Below, in pieces: positions 8,773 through 18,450 of a stretch of DNA of 64,000 nucleotides. This DNA is from Kiritimatiellia bacterium. Its GTDB lineage: Bacteria > Verrucomicrobiota > Kiritimatiellia > RFP12 > UBA1067. The translations under genes were made by a program, and so were the position numbers. The stretch's first letter is position 1, and every line of letters starts with the position of its first letter. The stretch is from NCBI GenBank assembly GCA_017544725.1, contig JAFYDR010000194.1, forward strand, positions 8,211 to 72,210. Reading direction: 5' to 3'. The notes below the pieces were generated by a model. It worked only from the letters and a program-made list of their open reading frames with translations, searched no databases and had not been told where the DNA came from.

Positions 8773-9884
8773 GTAATCCGACTGTTTTTGTCACCCGCTG
8801 CGCTAATTATCAGGAACAGTTCCCCGAAGCATTCCGCAAGCTGATGGATGCGACTGGCTGGATGACCTCAACACTGTTGCGTGGAAAACGTATTTTGATT
8901 AAGCCGAATCTGTTGACGGACCGAACGCCGGAACAGGCGGTCACCACACATCCGGCCGTACTGCGTCATACCATTCGTTTCCTGAAGGAGGCAGGTGCCG
9001 CGCACATCTGCGTGGGGGACAGTCCTGCCAGTACCGCCAATCTGCAAGCCGTACTGGAGTTGTCGGGAATCGGAGCGGTCTGTCGCGAAGAGGAGGTGGA
9101 GATTATCCGCTTCGAGCAAACACCACCCGTCCAACTGGAACGTAATGGATTTTCCTTTGCCCTTTCCCAATCCGTGTTGGACGCTGAGTTGATCGTCAAT
9201 CTCCCCAAGGTGAAAAGCCACTCCCTGACTCTGTTGACAGCCGCCGTCAAAAACCTCTACGGTGCTGTGCCGGGGTACACCAAAACCCATCTCCACCGTT
9301 GCTACCCCAAGCCGAACCTCTTTGGAAAACTTCTTCAGGCAATCTGGGAGGTGCTTCCGCCCGTTCTCTCGATTGTCGATGGCGTGGTCGGTATGGAAGG
9401 GCAGGGACCCGCGAACGGAAAGCCCGTACAGCTTGGATTCCTTGCAGCATCCGCCGATGCATATGCGCTGGATAACTGGCTCTGCGAAACCCTGCACATC
9501 AATCGTTCACGCGTTCCTTATCTGCGCGATTTGAGCGAAGGGCACACCCCAATTGTCAAAGGGGACGAAATACAGGTCAAGTCATTTGAAATTCCCTCTG
9601 GCGCACACTTGCTGAACCTCCTGCCGCAATGGTTCGTTCATTTTGCGGGGAGAATTCTCTGGGTGAACCCCGCATTTGATTCCTCTCGTTGTGTCGCATG
9701 TGGACAGTGCGTAAAAGCCTGTCCCATGAAGGCGTTGACGATTCCCTCTGGACAGAAGATCCCGTATCTCGACAGACATGCCTGCATCGGATGCGCCTGC
9801 TGTCACGAAATCTGTCCACGCGGCGCAATCTATATGACCCAATCCGCCATCCTGCGAATGATGAAAGTATTCAAAGGGCTGTGA
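8769..9884 (+). CDS. DUF362-domain protein with a C-terminal 2x[4Fe-4S] ferredoxin domain.
   Basis: The C-terminus has two CxxCxxCxxxCP motifs (CVACGQCVKACP, CIGCACCHEICP). The N-terminal region fits the DUF362 pattern (ILIKPNL..HP). The start overlaps the rsmE stop (ATGA) and is preceded by AAGGAGG. Confidence 0.8.
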   Translation: MSNPTVFVTRCANYQEQFPEAFRKLMDATGWMTSTLLRGKRILIKPNLLTDRTPEQAVTTHPAVLRHTIRFLKEAGAAHICVGDSPASTANLQAVLELSGIGAVCREEEVEIIRFEQTPPVQLERNGFSFALSQSVLDAELIVNLPKVKSHSLTLLTAAVKNLYGAVPGYTKTHLHRCYPKPNLFGKLLQAIWEVLPPVLSIVDGVVGMEGQGPANGKPVQLGFLAASADAYALDNWLCETLHINRSRVPYLRDLSEGHTPIVKGDEIQVKSFEIPSGAHLLNLLPQWFVHFAGRILWVNPAFDSSRCVACGQCVKACPMKALTIPSGQKIPYLDRHACIGCACCHEICPRGAIYMTQSAILRMMKVFKGL

Positions 9885-10069
9885 GACGACGGGCGCGACG
9901 AGCGCGAGGCGGCTGATGCCGCCTGCGTGTAAAGCAAATTAAACCAGCTAAGCAAGTTAAGCTTGGTAGGAGTGTCGTGTATCACGTGTCGCTCGACAGC
10001 TTTCGATTGCGATCGACCCCGACGACAAGCGCGACCTTTTGCGCTGCGTGAGATTAACTCGCGCCCATC

Positions 10070-10140
10070 TTCTTTCCTACTGCCCCTCTCCTCCTACTTT
10101 CTATTGCCTACTGCCTCCTCCCTATTGCCTCCTTCCCCCA
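10070..10140 (+). repeat. Low-complexity CTACTGCC/CCTATTGCC tract. It is the reverse complement of the AGTAGG/GGCAATAGGGAG module.
   Basis: It shares the units TATTGCCTACTGCC with 40775-40800 and, in reverse complement, with 33221-33250 and 40545-40600. Confidence 0.6.
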
Positions 10141-10222
10141 TTCTCTGCGTGATAGGATTATCGTTGGTACAGCTTCTCTTGGCTTGTCGAAATCGGTACT
10201 ATCGTGTTATTCTATTCCCGAC

Positions 10223-11830
10223 ATGAAACACGAAGCACATTCCATAAGACGGGTTTCCCTCTACGACGCCACTTTGCGTGACGGTATGCAGGGGGCGGGA
10301 ATCAATTTTTCGGAAAGCGGCAAGATGCGTTTTGCCCATTTGCTGGATGAATTCGGGATTGATTTCATTGAGGGCGGGTTTGCAGGTTCCACGCCCGGTA
10401 GCCGTCGTTTTTTCGAACAGGCAAGGCGGGAACATTTCTCCCATTCGAAGATTGTTGCGTTCGGATCCACCCGTCGTGCGCATATTACGGTGGAAGAGGA
10501 TTCGCAGTTGAACGAGCTTCTCCAAGCCGAGACAGAGTATGTCGCGATTTTCGGGAAATCGTCCCTGTTTCATGTGACAGACGTTTTGGGTGTATCTGCG
10601 GAGATGAACCTGCAGATGATTGAGGATTCGATTGCGTTCCTTGTCGGGCATGGACGCAAAGTATTCTTCGATGCGGAGCAGTTTTTTGACGGATACAAGC
10701 AAGACGCGGCGTATGCGATGCAGACGCTGGAGATAGCGCAACGTGCGGGGGTTATCGGATTGGTTCTCTGTGATACGAACGGCGGATGTCTCCCCCATGA
10801 GATTTTCGAGACGGTTCAGACTGTCGTCGCGAAGTTTCCGCAGACTTGTATCGCGATCCATACACACAATGACAGCGGGATGGCCGTGGCTTGTAGTATT
10901 GAAGCTGTCCGCGCAGGCGCATCCCAGGTTCAGGGGTGTGTCAACGGGTACGGAGAGAGAACTGGAAATGCGGATCTGATTAGCATCATCCCGGCATTGG
11001 AGTTGAAGATGGGGCTTCCCTGTATCAGAGATGGGCAGCTCAAGAATCTTCGCGAGATTTCGATTGTTGCGGATGATCTGGCCAATTTGCGACCCGATCC
11101 CTCTGCACCGTATGTCGGACGCGATGCTTTTTGTCATAAGGCTGGAACCCATGCGAACGCGGTGATGAAAAATCCCAAGACCTTCGAACATGTCGCGCCG
11201 GAGTCTGTGGGGAACCAACGGCAATTTGTGCTTTCGGATCAATCGGGGGGTGCTATCGTCCGGCAGAAGGCCAAGGAACTGGGTTTCGATGTTTCGGAAA
11301 GCGACCCGAAACTGATCCGTTCCGTGCTGAAGGAAATCAAACAACGCGAACTGGACGGGTACGCCTACGAGGCTGCCGACGGCTCATTTAAGATCCTTCT
11401 GCAAAAAATGATGAAACAGCACACGCCCGCTTTCGAGTTGGACGGTTTTCGCGTGATCGTCGAAAAACGGGGCAAGGATGAGCCTTGTATTTCTGAAGCC
11501 ACAATCAAAGTCCGGGTGAACGGGAAAGAGGAATTGACGGCGGGTGAGGGACACGGTCCCGTCGATGCCTTGAATGAGGCGATGCGGAAAGCACTCACGC
11601 ATTTCTATCCAGAGATTGAACAAGTACAACTGACTGACTTCCGTGTGCGTATTCTGGATCCGCAAGATGCGACGCGTGCTCAGACACGTGTGGTGATCGA
11701 GTCCAGCGATGGCATGCGTCAGTGGGGAACCGTTGGCGTTTCCGAGAACATCATCGAGGCATCTTGGCAAGCCTTGCTGGATAGCGTGGAGTACAAGTTG
11801 TTGGACGATTTGCATAAGCAGAATCGTTAA
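10223..11830 (+). CDS. cimA: Citramalate synthase / 2-isopropylmalate synthase family protein (HMGL-like TIM barrel plus LeuA-type C-terminal regulatory domain). Likely CimA.
   Basis: The N-terminus VSLYDATLRDGMQ and the HTHND metal site are typical of the LeuA/CimA family. A LeuA dimerisation/regulatory domain is present. Its length (535 aa) and lack of other leu genes nearby make citramalate synthase a plausible call; this is inference. Confidence 0.75.
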   Translation: MKHEAHSIRRVSLYDATLRDGMQGAGINFSESGKMRFAHLLDEFGIDFIEGGFAGSTPGSRRFFEQARREHFSHSKIVAFGSTRRAHITVEEDSQLNELLQAETEYVAIFGKSSLFHVTDVLGVSAEMNLQMIEDSIAFLVGHGRKVFFDAEQFFDGYKQDAAYAMQTLEIAQRAGVIGLVLCDTNGGCLPHEIFETVQTVVAKFPQTCIAIHTHNDSGMAVACSIEAVRAGASQVQGCVNGYGERTGNADLISIIPALELKMGLPCIRDGQLKNLREISIVADDLANLRPDPSAPYVGRDAFCHKAGTHANAVMKNPKTFEHVAPESVGNQRQFVLSDQSGGAIVRQKAKELGFDVSESDPKLIRSVLKEIKQRELDGYAYEAADGSFKILLQKMMKQHTPAFELDGFRVIVEKRGKDEPCISEATIKVRVNGKEELTAGEGHGPVDALNEAMRKALTHFYPEIEQVQLTDFRVRILDPQDATRAQTRVVIESSDGMRQWGTVGVSENIIEASWQALLDSVEYKLLDDLHKQNR

Positions 11831-11983
11831 TCTGTTGCCACAAATACTTAGCTGGTGGTCAGACGGGAACACTTGTCGTCATGTCGTTTTGTCATTGCGC
11901 TTGTCGTATGTCGCATATTCCTCGTTCCTGCGAACTCAGCGAGACGACTGCGGACTCTACGTTCCAAGATCAAGAATCTCCGT

Positions 11984-12553
11984 TCACCCTTTGAAGATGA
12001 AGAACTTTCTGGCTGCGTAATTGATCAAGAGCGCGGAGACGATGTTAGCACCGAAGGCTAGTGTCGTCTGGAGTCCGAAGTGATCGATGAGAACAGTCTG
12101 GATGGTGCTGCCTACGGCCCAGCTGATCCCAGAGGCGGCGAAGAACAACAACAGTTCCACCAGCCAGCGATGACGTCCTGGCTTGAAAACGAACAGTCGG
12201 TTCAACAGATAGCAGAGCAAGTTGGAGATGACGAAACCGATGGCGCTGCAGTAGAGCGCGAAAAGAGCGCGGCGAATCATCGGAAAAATTCCCAAAAGGC
12301 GAACGGGAGCATCCGGATCCACAGCAACGGGGGCTGTCAGATGCAGGAGCTTGACAACCATGTCGTCCTGCGTGAGGCAGGGAAAGAGAAACCATCCAAC
12401 CAGATAGAAGACAAGGATATTCGTTCCTGTTGCGATTCCACCGACGACCGCGTATTTGACGAACTGCACGAACGGAGAGGCATCGTGCGACAACTGTTTT
12501 CTGATGTACTCAAACATGGTGTCTAGCATACCGAAAAAATCAACAGTTTCCAA
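11984..12553 (-). CDS. GtrA-family small polytopic membrane protein (polysaccharide synthesis/flippase accessory).
   Basis: 189 aa with about 4 TM segments. The motif VKYAVVGGIATGTNILVFY and a C-terminal ARKFFIFK are typical of GtrA. The true start may be an internal Met. Confidence 0.65.
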   Translation of the reverse strand: METVDFFGMLDTMFEYIRKQLSHDASPFVQFVKYAVVGGIATGTNILVFYLVGWFLFPCLTQDDMVVKLLHLTAPVAVDPDAPVRLLGIFPMIRRALFALYCSAIGFVISNLLCYLLNRLFVFKPGRHRWLVELLLFFAASGISWAVGSTIQTVLIDHFGLQTTLAFGANIVSALLINYAARKFFIFKG

Positions 12554-12627
12554 GCCCGAACCTTTTGGATGTTTTCAGATAACAATCAGTAGCCATCGAA
12601 TGCATTCGAAAATGGGACACTTTCGTC

Positions 12628-12832
12628 GCTCATCTCTCGTCACTGCCGCCTCTGGCGGCTGGCGGCTTCGCCGCCATTTCATTCGTCATTCCGTCATTCT
12701 TATTTCTTCATTCTTCTCTGCCGCCTTCGGCGGCTCGCCTTTCAGCTTCCCCGCTTCTCAGCTGGCGGCTCCGCCGCCTGTCACTCGTCATTCGTCATTG
12801 CCGCCTTCGGCGGCTGGCGGATCCGCCGCCCG
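12628..12832 (+). repeat. Mosaic repeat block. It contains TCGTCAT direct repeats, UUCG/UCUG-loop GC hairpins (GCCGCCTTCGGCGGC, GCCGCCTCTGGCGGC) and CAGCTGGCGGC units.
   Basis: Modules are shared with 24322-24455, 40681-40840, 46193-46215, 46322-46375, 49838-49925, 50170-50222, 54919-54980 and 57816-57955. Confidence 0.7.
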
Positions 12833-12876
12833 TTTGGACATTGCAGCGACGTGGGGATTGTGGTAAGATACTCGGC

Positions 12877-15177
12877 ATGAAAACTGGTCTGAATTTTGTG
12901 TTGGCGGGAATCATCTGCGGCGGAGTTGTTGCATTTGGTGAAACGGGAACGGAACTGGTATTGGCGGAACGCGGGAAACCGGCGACTTACGCCATTGTTG
13001 TGGCGGACAAGTGCCTATCCCTCACATACGCGGCTGAGGAGTTGCAGCGATACGTGAAGGAGTTGGTCGGTGTAGAGCTTCCGATTCGCGCAGAGACGAA
13101 AGACCCGGCAATCCGTTTGGAATGGACGGATGAATACGGTGCTGACGGTTTTTGCCTCTCCGTTCGCACTACGGATCTGCTGGTACGAGGCGGTGTGCGC
13201 GGATGCCTCTACGGCGCGTACGAACTGTTGGAGACATACGGTGGTATCGGTTGGTTCGCTTCGTGGCACACGGTTGTTCCCAAGTCGGACAAGTTTGCGG
13301 TCCCAGCCCACCTCCATGACATCCAACGTCCCGCGTTTCGGATGCGTATGACGAGTTGGTTGGACGCGACGAGAGGCGACTTCGCCGCGCGCCTTCGTCT
13401 CAACGGTTTCCGCGCCTCCCTGACGGAGCGTCATGGCGGACCGGTCTGCCGTTTCGGTAAGCACATGGGTAGCTGCCACACCTTCAACTTCTTGCTGCCG
13501 CCGAAGGTCTATTTCAAGGATCATCCCGAATACTACGCGATGCGTGACGGCAAGCGTGCGTTGGCGGAGAACAGTGCGCGTTGGGGTTATACACAACCCT
13601 GCCTGACGAATCCGGATGTGTTGCGGATCATCACTTCCAATGTGCTGGAGGCGATCAAGGCTGATCCCGATGCGGGGTTGTACGGAGTAAGCCAGAATGA
13701 CAACCGCCTCTACTGCCAGTGCCCGACCTGCACGGCGGTTGATGAGGAAGAGGAAAGCCACGCAGGTACCGTTGTTCGATTCGTGAATGCGGTTGCAGAG
13801 GAGGTGGAGAAGCATTATCCGAATGTAATCATCGAGACGCTCGCCTACCAGTATTCGCGCAATCCACCGAAAAAGACACGTCTCCGTCACAATGTGATGC
13901 CTTGCCTTTGCTCGATCGAATGCGACTTCCACAAACCGTTGGACGTGAGCGGGTATCCGAGCAATATCAAGTTCGTGGAGGACATCAAGGGGTGGACACG
14001 CCAGACGGAGATGCTCTATCTCTGGGATTACACCACCAATTTCCGAAACTATATGCACGCCTTCCCCAACTTCTACGCCTTGCAGGGAAACTTGAAATTC
14101 TTCCGCGACAACCATGTCAAGTATATGTTCGAGCAGGGAGACTCGTGGGGACTTCACGCCGACTTCGCCGAACTCCGCGCCTGGTTGCTCGCGAAGTGGA
14201 TGTGGAATCCGGACCAGCCAATGGAACCCTTGCTAGATCGTTTTTTCAAGGGATACTACGGTGCGGCTGCACCTCATGTCAGGAGATACTTCGACGAACT
14301 TCACGCGTTGCCTCGCGATTCAGTCACGCAGCATCTTTCCATCTATGAGCCCGTCGCCAGCACCAATATGCCGACCGCATTCTTTGAACGCGCGGAAGGA
14401 TATTGGCAAGCCGCAACGGAAGCCGTGAAGAACGATCCCGTCTGCGCGAAGCACGTTGAGGCGGGGGCGCTCTCCGTCGCTTTCACACTCTTTGAACGAA
14501 TGTCTGAACGGAAAACCGTCTGGGTGACGAGGCATCCAGAAAAATTCACTTCCGCAACCCGGTGCCGTACTTACGCAAAACGTCTGCTGGACGCGCGTGT
14601 CCCGATGAACCTCCGTTTCTCGGAGAGTGGAGATCGTGAAAAACAATTCCGCAAGAATCTGGAAGACTGCCTCGCATACGGAGTTCCGACAGGAATCGCA
14701 GACCGCGTGGAGGTTCCGGCATCGCGACTGCGCCTGGCACAACCGGGCGTTCGTGGTGACTACGTGAAGGATCGCGAAACATTGGACGGCACGGCGATCA
14801 AGTTGTTCAACACGCACTACGAGTGGTCGGTGCGCTTGGATATGGCGTCGGTCGCGTACGATCCGGAGACAAAGTATAAAATCCGTGCCCGTATTCGAGT
14901 CGAGAAAGAACCTGACTCGAAAGGCGAGGCATTCTGGGCGGGTGTCTATGACACGCCCGCGAAGAAAGGTTGCGGCTCCATTTTCGTCAAGACGGAAAAG
15001 TGCGGGGATGGTTATCTCTGGTACGACGTCTGCACGTGGATGCCCAAAGACGGCCAGTACTTCTGGTTTGCCCCCGGGCGCTTTGACAAAAAAGGCGGCG
15101 GCACCTCCGCCATCAAGTCCGTATGGCTCGATCGCATCGAAATCTCGCGCGTGGAAACGGGAGAGGGAACGAAATGA
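12877..15177 (+). CDS. DUF4838-domain protein (GH20-like putative glycan hydrolase), secreted.
   Basis: Signal-peptide-like N-terminus (MKTGLNFVLAGIICGGVVAFG). The long conserved region (WFASWHTV, DIQRPAFRMRM, CQCPTC, ETLAYQYSRNPP) matches the DUF4838 architecture as I recall it. No search was possible. Confidence 0.7.
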   Translation: MKTGLNFVLAGIICGGVVAFGETGTELVLAERGKPATYAIVVADKCLSLTYAAEELQRYVKELVGVELPIRAETKDPAIRLEWTDEYGADGFCLSVRTTDLLVRGGVRGCLYGAYELLETYGGIGWFASWHTVVPKSDKFAVPAHLHDIQRPAFRMRMTSWLDATRGDFAARLRLNGFRASLTERHGGPVCRFGKHMGSCHTFNFLLPPKVYFKDHPEYYAMRDGKRALAENSARWGYTQPCLTNPDVLRIITSNVLEAIKADPDAGLYGVSQNDNRLYCQCPTCTAVDEEEESHAGTVVRFVNAVAEEVEKHYPNVIIETLAYQYSRNPPKKTRLRHNVMPCLCSIECDFHKPLDVSGYPSNIKFVEDIKGWTRQTEMLYLWDYTTNFRNYMHAFPNFYALQGNLKFFRDNHVKYMFEQGDSWGLHADFAELRAWLLAKWMWNPDQPMEPLLDRFFKGYYGAAAPHVRRYFDELHALPRDSVTQHLSIYEPVASTNMPTAFFERAEGYWQAATEAVKNDPVCAKHVEAGALSVAFTLFERMSERKTVWVTRHPEKFTSATRCRTYAKRLLDARVPMNLRFSESGDREKQFRKNLEDCLAYGVPTGIADRVEVPASRLRLAQPGVRGDYVKDRETLDGTAIKLFNTHYEWSVRLDMASVAYDPETKYKIRARIRVEKEPDSKGEAFWAGVYDTPAKKGCGSIFVKTEKCGDGYLWYDVCTWMPKDGQYFWFAPGRFDKKGGGTSAIKSVWLDRIEISRVETGEGTK

Positions 15178-16082
15178 GGAGAAGAGAGTTTTTGGCGGCA
15201 ACGGCGATGACGGGGACGGTCGCGTTGACGGGTATCTGCAAAGAACAAACGGTGAAGGCAGAACGCATTCCCTACGGACCGACAATTGGGGATCGTCTGT
15301 GGATGTGGGGACACCATGCCATGTCATTCGCTTCCATGAAGGGATCGAACGAGGGATACAACCTTCCTTACGATCGGCGGATCGACATGGCGGCGGCTTG
15401 TAAATCGATGAATATACCTGGCTGTTTCGTGGTTCGCTGGCGCAACCTGCCGACCAAGGCGGAGTTGCCGGAATACATGAAGCAGTTTGCGGAGACGAAA
15501 CGCATCGGTTTCTCAATCACCGACAGTGCGAAGGAAAGCTTTGACGAAAAGGTACGCCTCGGTCTCGAATATGCGGACAAGATGCCGAACTTGACCACAC
15601 TGATTATGGATGACTACTGGTCGAATGCCGCATACCGGCAGGAGCAAGATCGTCTTCTGAAGGTGAAGCGTGAACTCGCCGTGCGCGGACTCAAGTTAGG
15701 TGTCGTTCTCTACGCCGACGCAAACGGAGTGAAGCCGGAATTCAAAGAGGTACTGGAACTCTGTGATGAGATCACCTTTTGGTTCTGGAACGGGAAGAAC
15801 GTGTCGGGAATCGAAGAGCAGGTCGGCAAACTCCGAGCTGTTGTGGGACCGGAGAAATCGGTTTTGCTGGGCCAGTACATGTGGGACTTCGGTGGAAAGC
15901 AACCGATGTCCGCCGAACGGATGGAGAACCAGCTGGCGCAGGCATCACGGCTACTGACAAGCAAGGCCATCTCCGGTGTCATCTTCCACTGTACCCCGCT
16001 CGTCGATATGAACCTCGACGCGGTGAATATCTCCCGCCGTTGGATTCAGGAGAATAGGGCGCTTCGCATTTGTGACGATTGA
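15174..16082 (+). CDS. TAT-signal hypothetical exported protein, co-transcribed with the DUF4838 gene.
   Basis: Twin-arginine motif MRRREFLAATAMTG at the N-terminus. The start overlaps the upstream stop by ATGA. Confidence 0.7.
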   Translation: MRRREFLAATAMTGTVALTGICKEQTVKAERIPYGPTIGDRLWMWGHHAMSFASMKGSNEGYNLPYDRRIDMAAACKSMNIPGCFVVRWRNLPTKAELPEYMKQFAETKRIGFSITDSAKESFDEKVRLGLEYADKMPNLTTLIMDDYWSNAAYRQEQDRLLKVKRELAVRGLKLGVVLYADANGVKPEFKEVLELCDEITFWFWNGKNVSGIEEQVGKLRAVVGPEKSVLLGQYMWDFGGKQPMSAERMENQLAQASRLLTSKAISGVIFHCTPLVDMNLDAVNISRRWIQENRALRICDD

Positions 16083-16091
16083 GGGCGCCCT

Positions 16092-16115
16092 GGGAGGGGC
16101 AACGTCCTCATTGCC
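16092..16115 (-). repeat. Copy of the 24-nt palindromic element in reverse orientation (GGGAGGGGCAACGTCCTCATTGCC), sitting between convergent genes.
   Basis: Read directly. It differs by 1 mismatch from the consensus. Its position is consistent with a bidirectional terminator role. Confidence 0.65.
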
Positions 16116-16121
16116 CGCACC

Positions 16122-18116
16122 CTATTGCCGATAGAACTCGCGGGCAAGTTCACGCGTCGCCTCGATCATCTCCGGATGCGGATTGTCAGTGACGTCCATC
16201 ACACCGTTGCCGTAGTCTTCGCCGTCCATCCAACCGGTCAGCGGCATATCATGCCAGTAGAACCAGTGGACACCGACGAGATTTTCGTCCTTGATAGCGT
16301 GGCGTACATACGCCTTGTACTTCTCAATGCGGTCCTTCATGTCACGGCAGGGTACGAGACCGGTGTGCAACGAACCGCGATCAAGCGAACCGAAGTGGAA
16401 CTCGCCGATGATCGTAGGCTTGTCAATTACGCCGTCCAATGGGCGTGGTGTGCTTGGAAGTTCGGCATAACTATTGTAACTCACTACATCGCAGTGCCGG
16501 GTGGCAGCTCGGATCGCATCCGGATAGCTGTTGCAGAAGCGACAGCCGAGGTAGAGGCGTCCGGGGGCAACCGTTTCGACCACTCGCTTGACCGTTGAGA
16601 AGTAGCGTTCCGCAATTTCCGCCTCGAACGCGCGAATATCCTCTGCGGTGGCGCTCTTGAAATCGGCGTCCTCGCCGTGCGCGATCTTGAGGCGACGGAG
16701 GTATTCGATTCGGGCGGGTTGTTCCTTCGGCGAATCGATGACGGCCTTCACGATATCCCCATTGCCACCCATATTGCCGGTCGCCCAGTGGAGTTCGTTC
16801 TCGACAAACCAGCCGATACACCACGGGTCGGTACGTGATTTCGCGATGCGCGTCTTGTAGGCACATTTCAATACGTTCTCGGCGAAATCTGCTGCGAAGA
16901 CATCCGGGAATTTGCGCCAAGCACCTTTCTTGTCCCCTTCGATCTTACGTACGCCGTCAAGGTTGAAGTTATCGACGTACGGTGTGCGACTGACTTCCAT
17001 TACCTCCGGGGCTGACCAGTTACCCATCGAAGTGAACCCCCACGCACGCATGCGGCGGTGCTGACGATCAATGAACTTCGCCTTCCAGTCTGCGCCGTAG
17101 ATTCGCTTCTGATTCGCCTGTGCGAAATCAAATTGTGACACATCACCCTTGTCGCGGTAGAAACACTTGTTCAACCATTGGTGTCGTCCCATGTACCAGC
17201 AATCGCCAAAGATCGGATCTTTCTTGTCCGGTAACCACGAGAAGAAACGTTCGCGCGCTGTGATCGGTGTCTTGCCTTGAAGCCGCACGTAATTGCAGCC
17301 GAGCGAGAAGAAAATGTGCCCGTCCGGATCAACGAGCCACCAGCGTCCGTTCCACTTTTCGGTGCGGAACTTTCCTGTCGCCTTCAGTTGCGGCCCCTCC
17401 CCCCAACCACCGAATCGATCGGCTCCGGGAATAGGCGACTCTGGATGCGCGGCGAGTGCTGCTTCCTCCGCTTTCGCCGCTGCCTTCAGTTCGTCGATCG
17501 AGTGAACCTTCCCCGGCCATTCCGCATGGGCATACTGCCCGAATTCATCGACAAACGGGAAGAAGGCATCGTCGATCTTCAGCGACTTGTCCGATTGTTC
17601 GCCTTCGACCCAAACACGCTTGACATCAAATTGTGCAGGCGATTCTTGAAGGGTACAGAAGACAATGACGGAGATGATGTTTCCGGTGCGATCAATCGAG
17701 TCGGGACGATACTTGCGGTCGTAACCCATCATACCGGGGAGTCCGTCGCCGTCCGTAATCATCGTGTAACTCTTGCAGCAGCAAGGTACCATGACGACCT
17801 TACTCTGTTTTGGACCAAGACAGAATTTCGCCTTCGCAAATCGGCTGGGTGTACCCTTGGCGATACCGTGTAAGATCATGTCTAACGTGCGGTCGGTACG
17901 GTTGGACACTTCCATTCCAAGATCCTGATATCGATTCAACGCAAACGGTTTCGGAAAGACGAAGTTCACGCCGCAGAATTTATGGTTCGGCGCGACGTCG
18001 ACAACCGCCGCAACCTCCTCCACTCGCACATGCGCGCCATCAAACGGTTCCGGTTTCGTATCTGCCGCAGGAAAAAGTGTCTGCGCGGCAAGCAGCGTCA
18101 TCATTGCACAGTTCAT
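16122..18116 (-). CDS. Secreted glycoside-hydrolase-like protein (TIM-barrel GH-A-like motifs).
   Basis: 664 aa with a signal-like N-terminus (MNCAMMTLLAAQTLFPA). It has WFVENELHW, which resembles an NE(P) acid/base strand, and GEFHFGSL, which resembles a nucleophile strand. It is convergent with the DUF4838 operon. Confidence 0.6.
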   Translation of the reverse strand: MNCAMMTLLAAQTLFPAADTKPEPFDGAHVRVEEVAAVVDVAPNHKFCGVNFVFPKPFALNRYQDLGMEVSNRTDRTLDMILHGIAKGTPSRFAKAKFCLGPKQSKVVMVPCCCKSYTMITDGDGLPGMMGYDRKYRPDSIDRTGNIISVIVFCTLQESPAQFDVKRVWVEGEQSDKSLKIDDAFFPFVDEFGQYAHAEWPGKVHSIDELKAAAKAEEAALAAHPESPIPGADRFGGWGEGPQLKATGKFRTEKWNGRWWLVDPDGHIFFSLGCNYVRLQGKTPITARERFFSWLPDKKDPIFGDCWYMGRHQWLNKCFYRDKGDVSQFDFAQANQKRIYGADWKAKFIDRQHRRMRAWGFTSMGNWSAPEVMEVSRTPYVDNFNLDGVRKIEGDKKGAWRKFPDVFAADFAENVLKCAYKTRIAKSRTDPWCIGWFVENELHWATGNMGGNGDIVKAVIDSPKEQPARIEYLRRLKIAHGEDADFKSATAEDIRAFEAEIAERYFSTVKRVVETVAPGRLYLGCRFCNSYPDAIRAATRHCDVVSYNSYAELPSTPRPLDGVIDKPTIIGEFHFGSLDRGSLHTGLVPCRDMKDRIEKYKAYVRHAIKDENLVGVHWFYWHDMPLTGWMDGEDYGNGVMDVTDNPHPEMIEATRELAREFYRQ

Positions 18117-18450
18117 TTCGCTTCAAAGCCATTCAAGTTCCTCATCCGCAAGGCGGTCAAGGCAAGCCGCCCGACTCACTGACACCCACCACCTACGTCG
18201 CAGAGAAATCAAACAATGACATTGTATCACCTCCGAACAATTTTCTCAATGCGGATTTGGAGATGGGCGGTAAAGCCGCCAGCTGTTGCTTTTGCATTCT
18301 GTTCGCGGGCATATTATGTCCGTGCCCCTGCGACTTCAAACGCATATCCTTAAAAATTGCGAACCCCAGCGAACGATTTGACACGGTTCTCTGCCTTTTG
18401 CTAGAATGTAACCGTTTTTGTTTGCGAATGTCATTTGGAACAGTCATCTT

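Noticed and set aside
12456-12866. 136-aa ORF (and similar ORFs at 7607-7912, 24218-24471, 46191-46502 and 57728-58033) lying entirely inside the mosaic repeat blocks.
   Set aside because: Their translations are low-complexity strings (SLPPSAAGGSAA, FSFPASQLAAPPPV) that recur because the DNA repeats recur. They have no start context and no conserved fold, so they are repeat artefacts.
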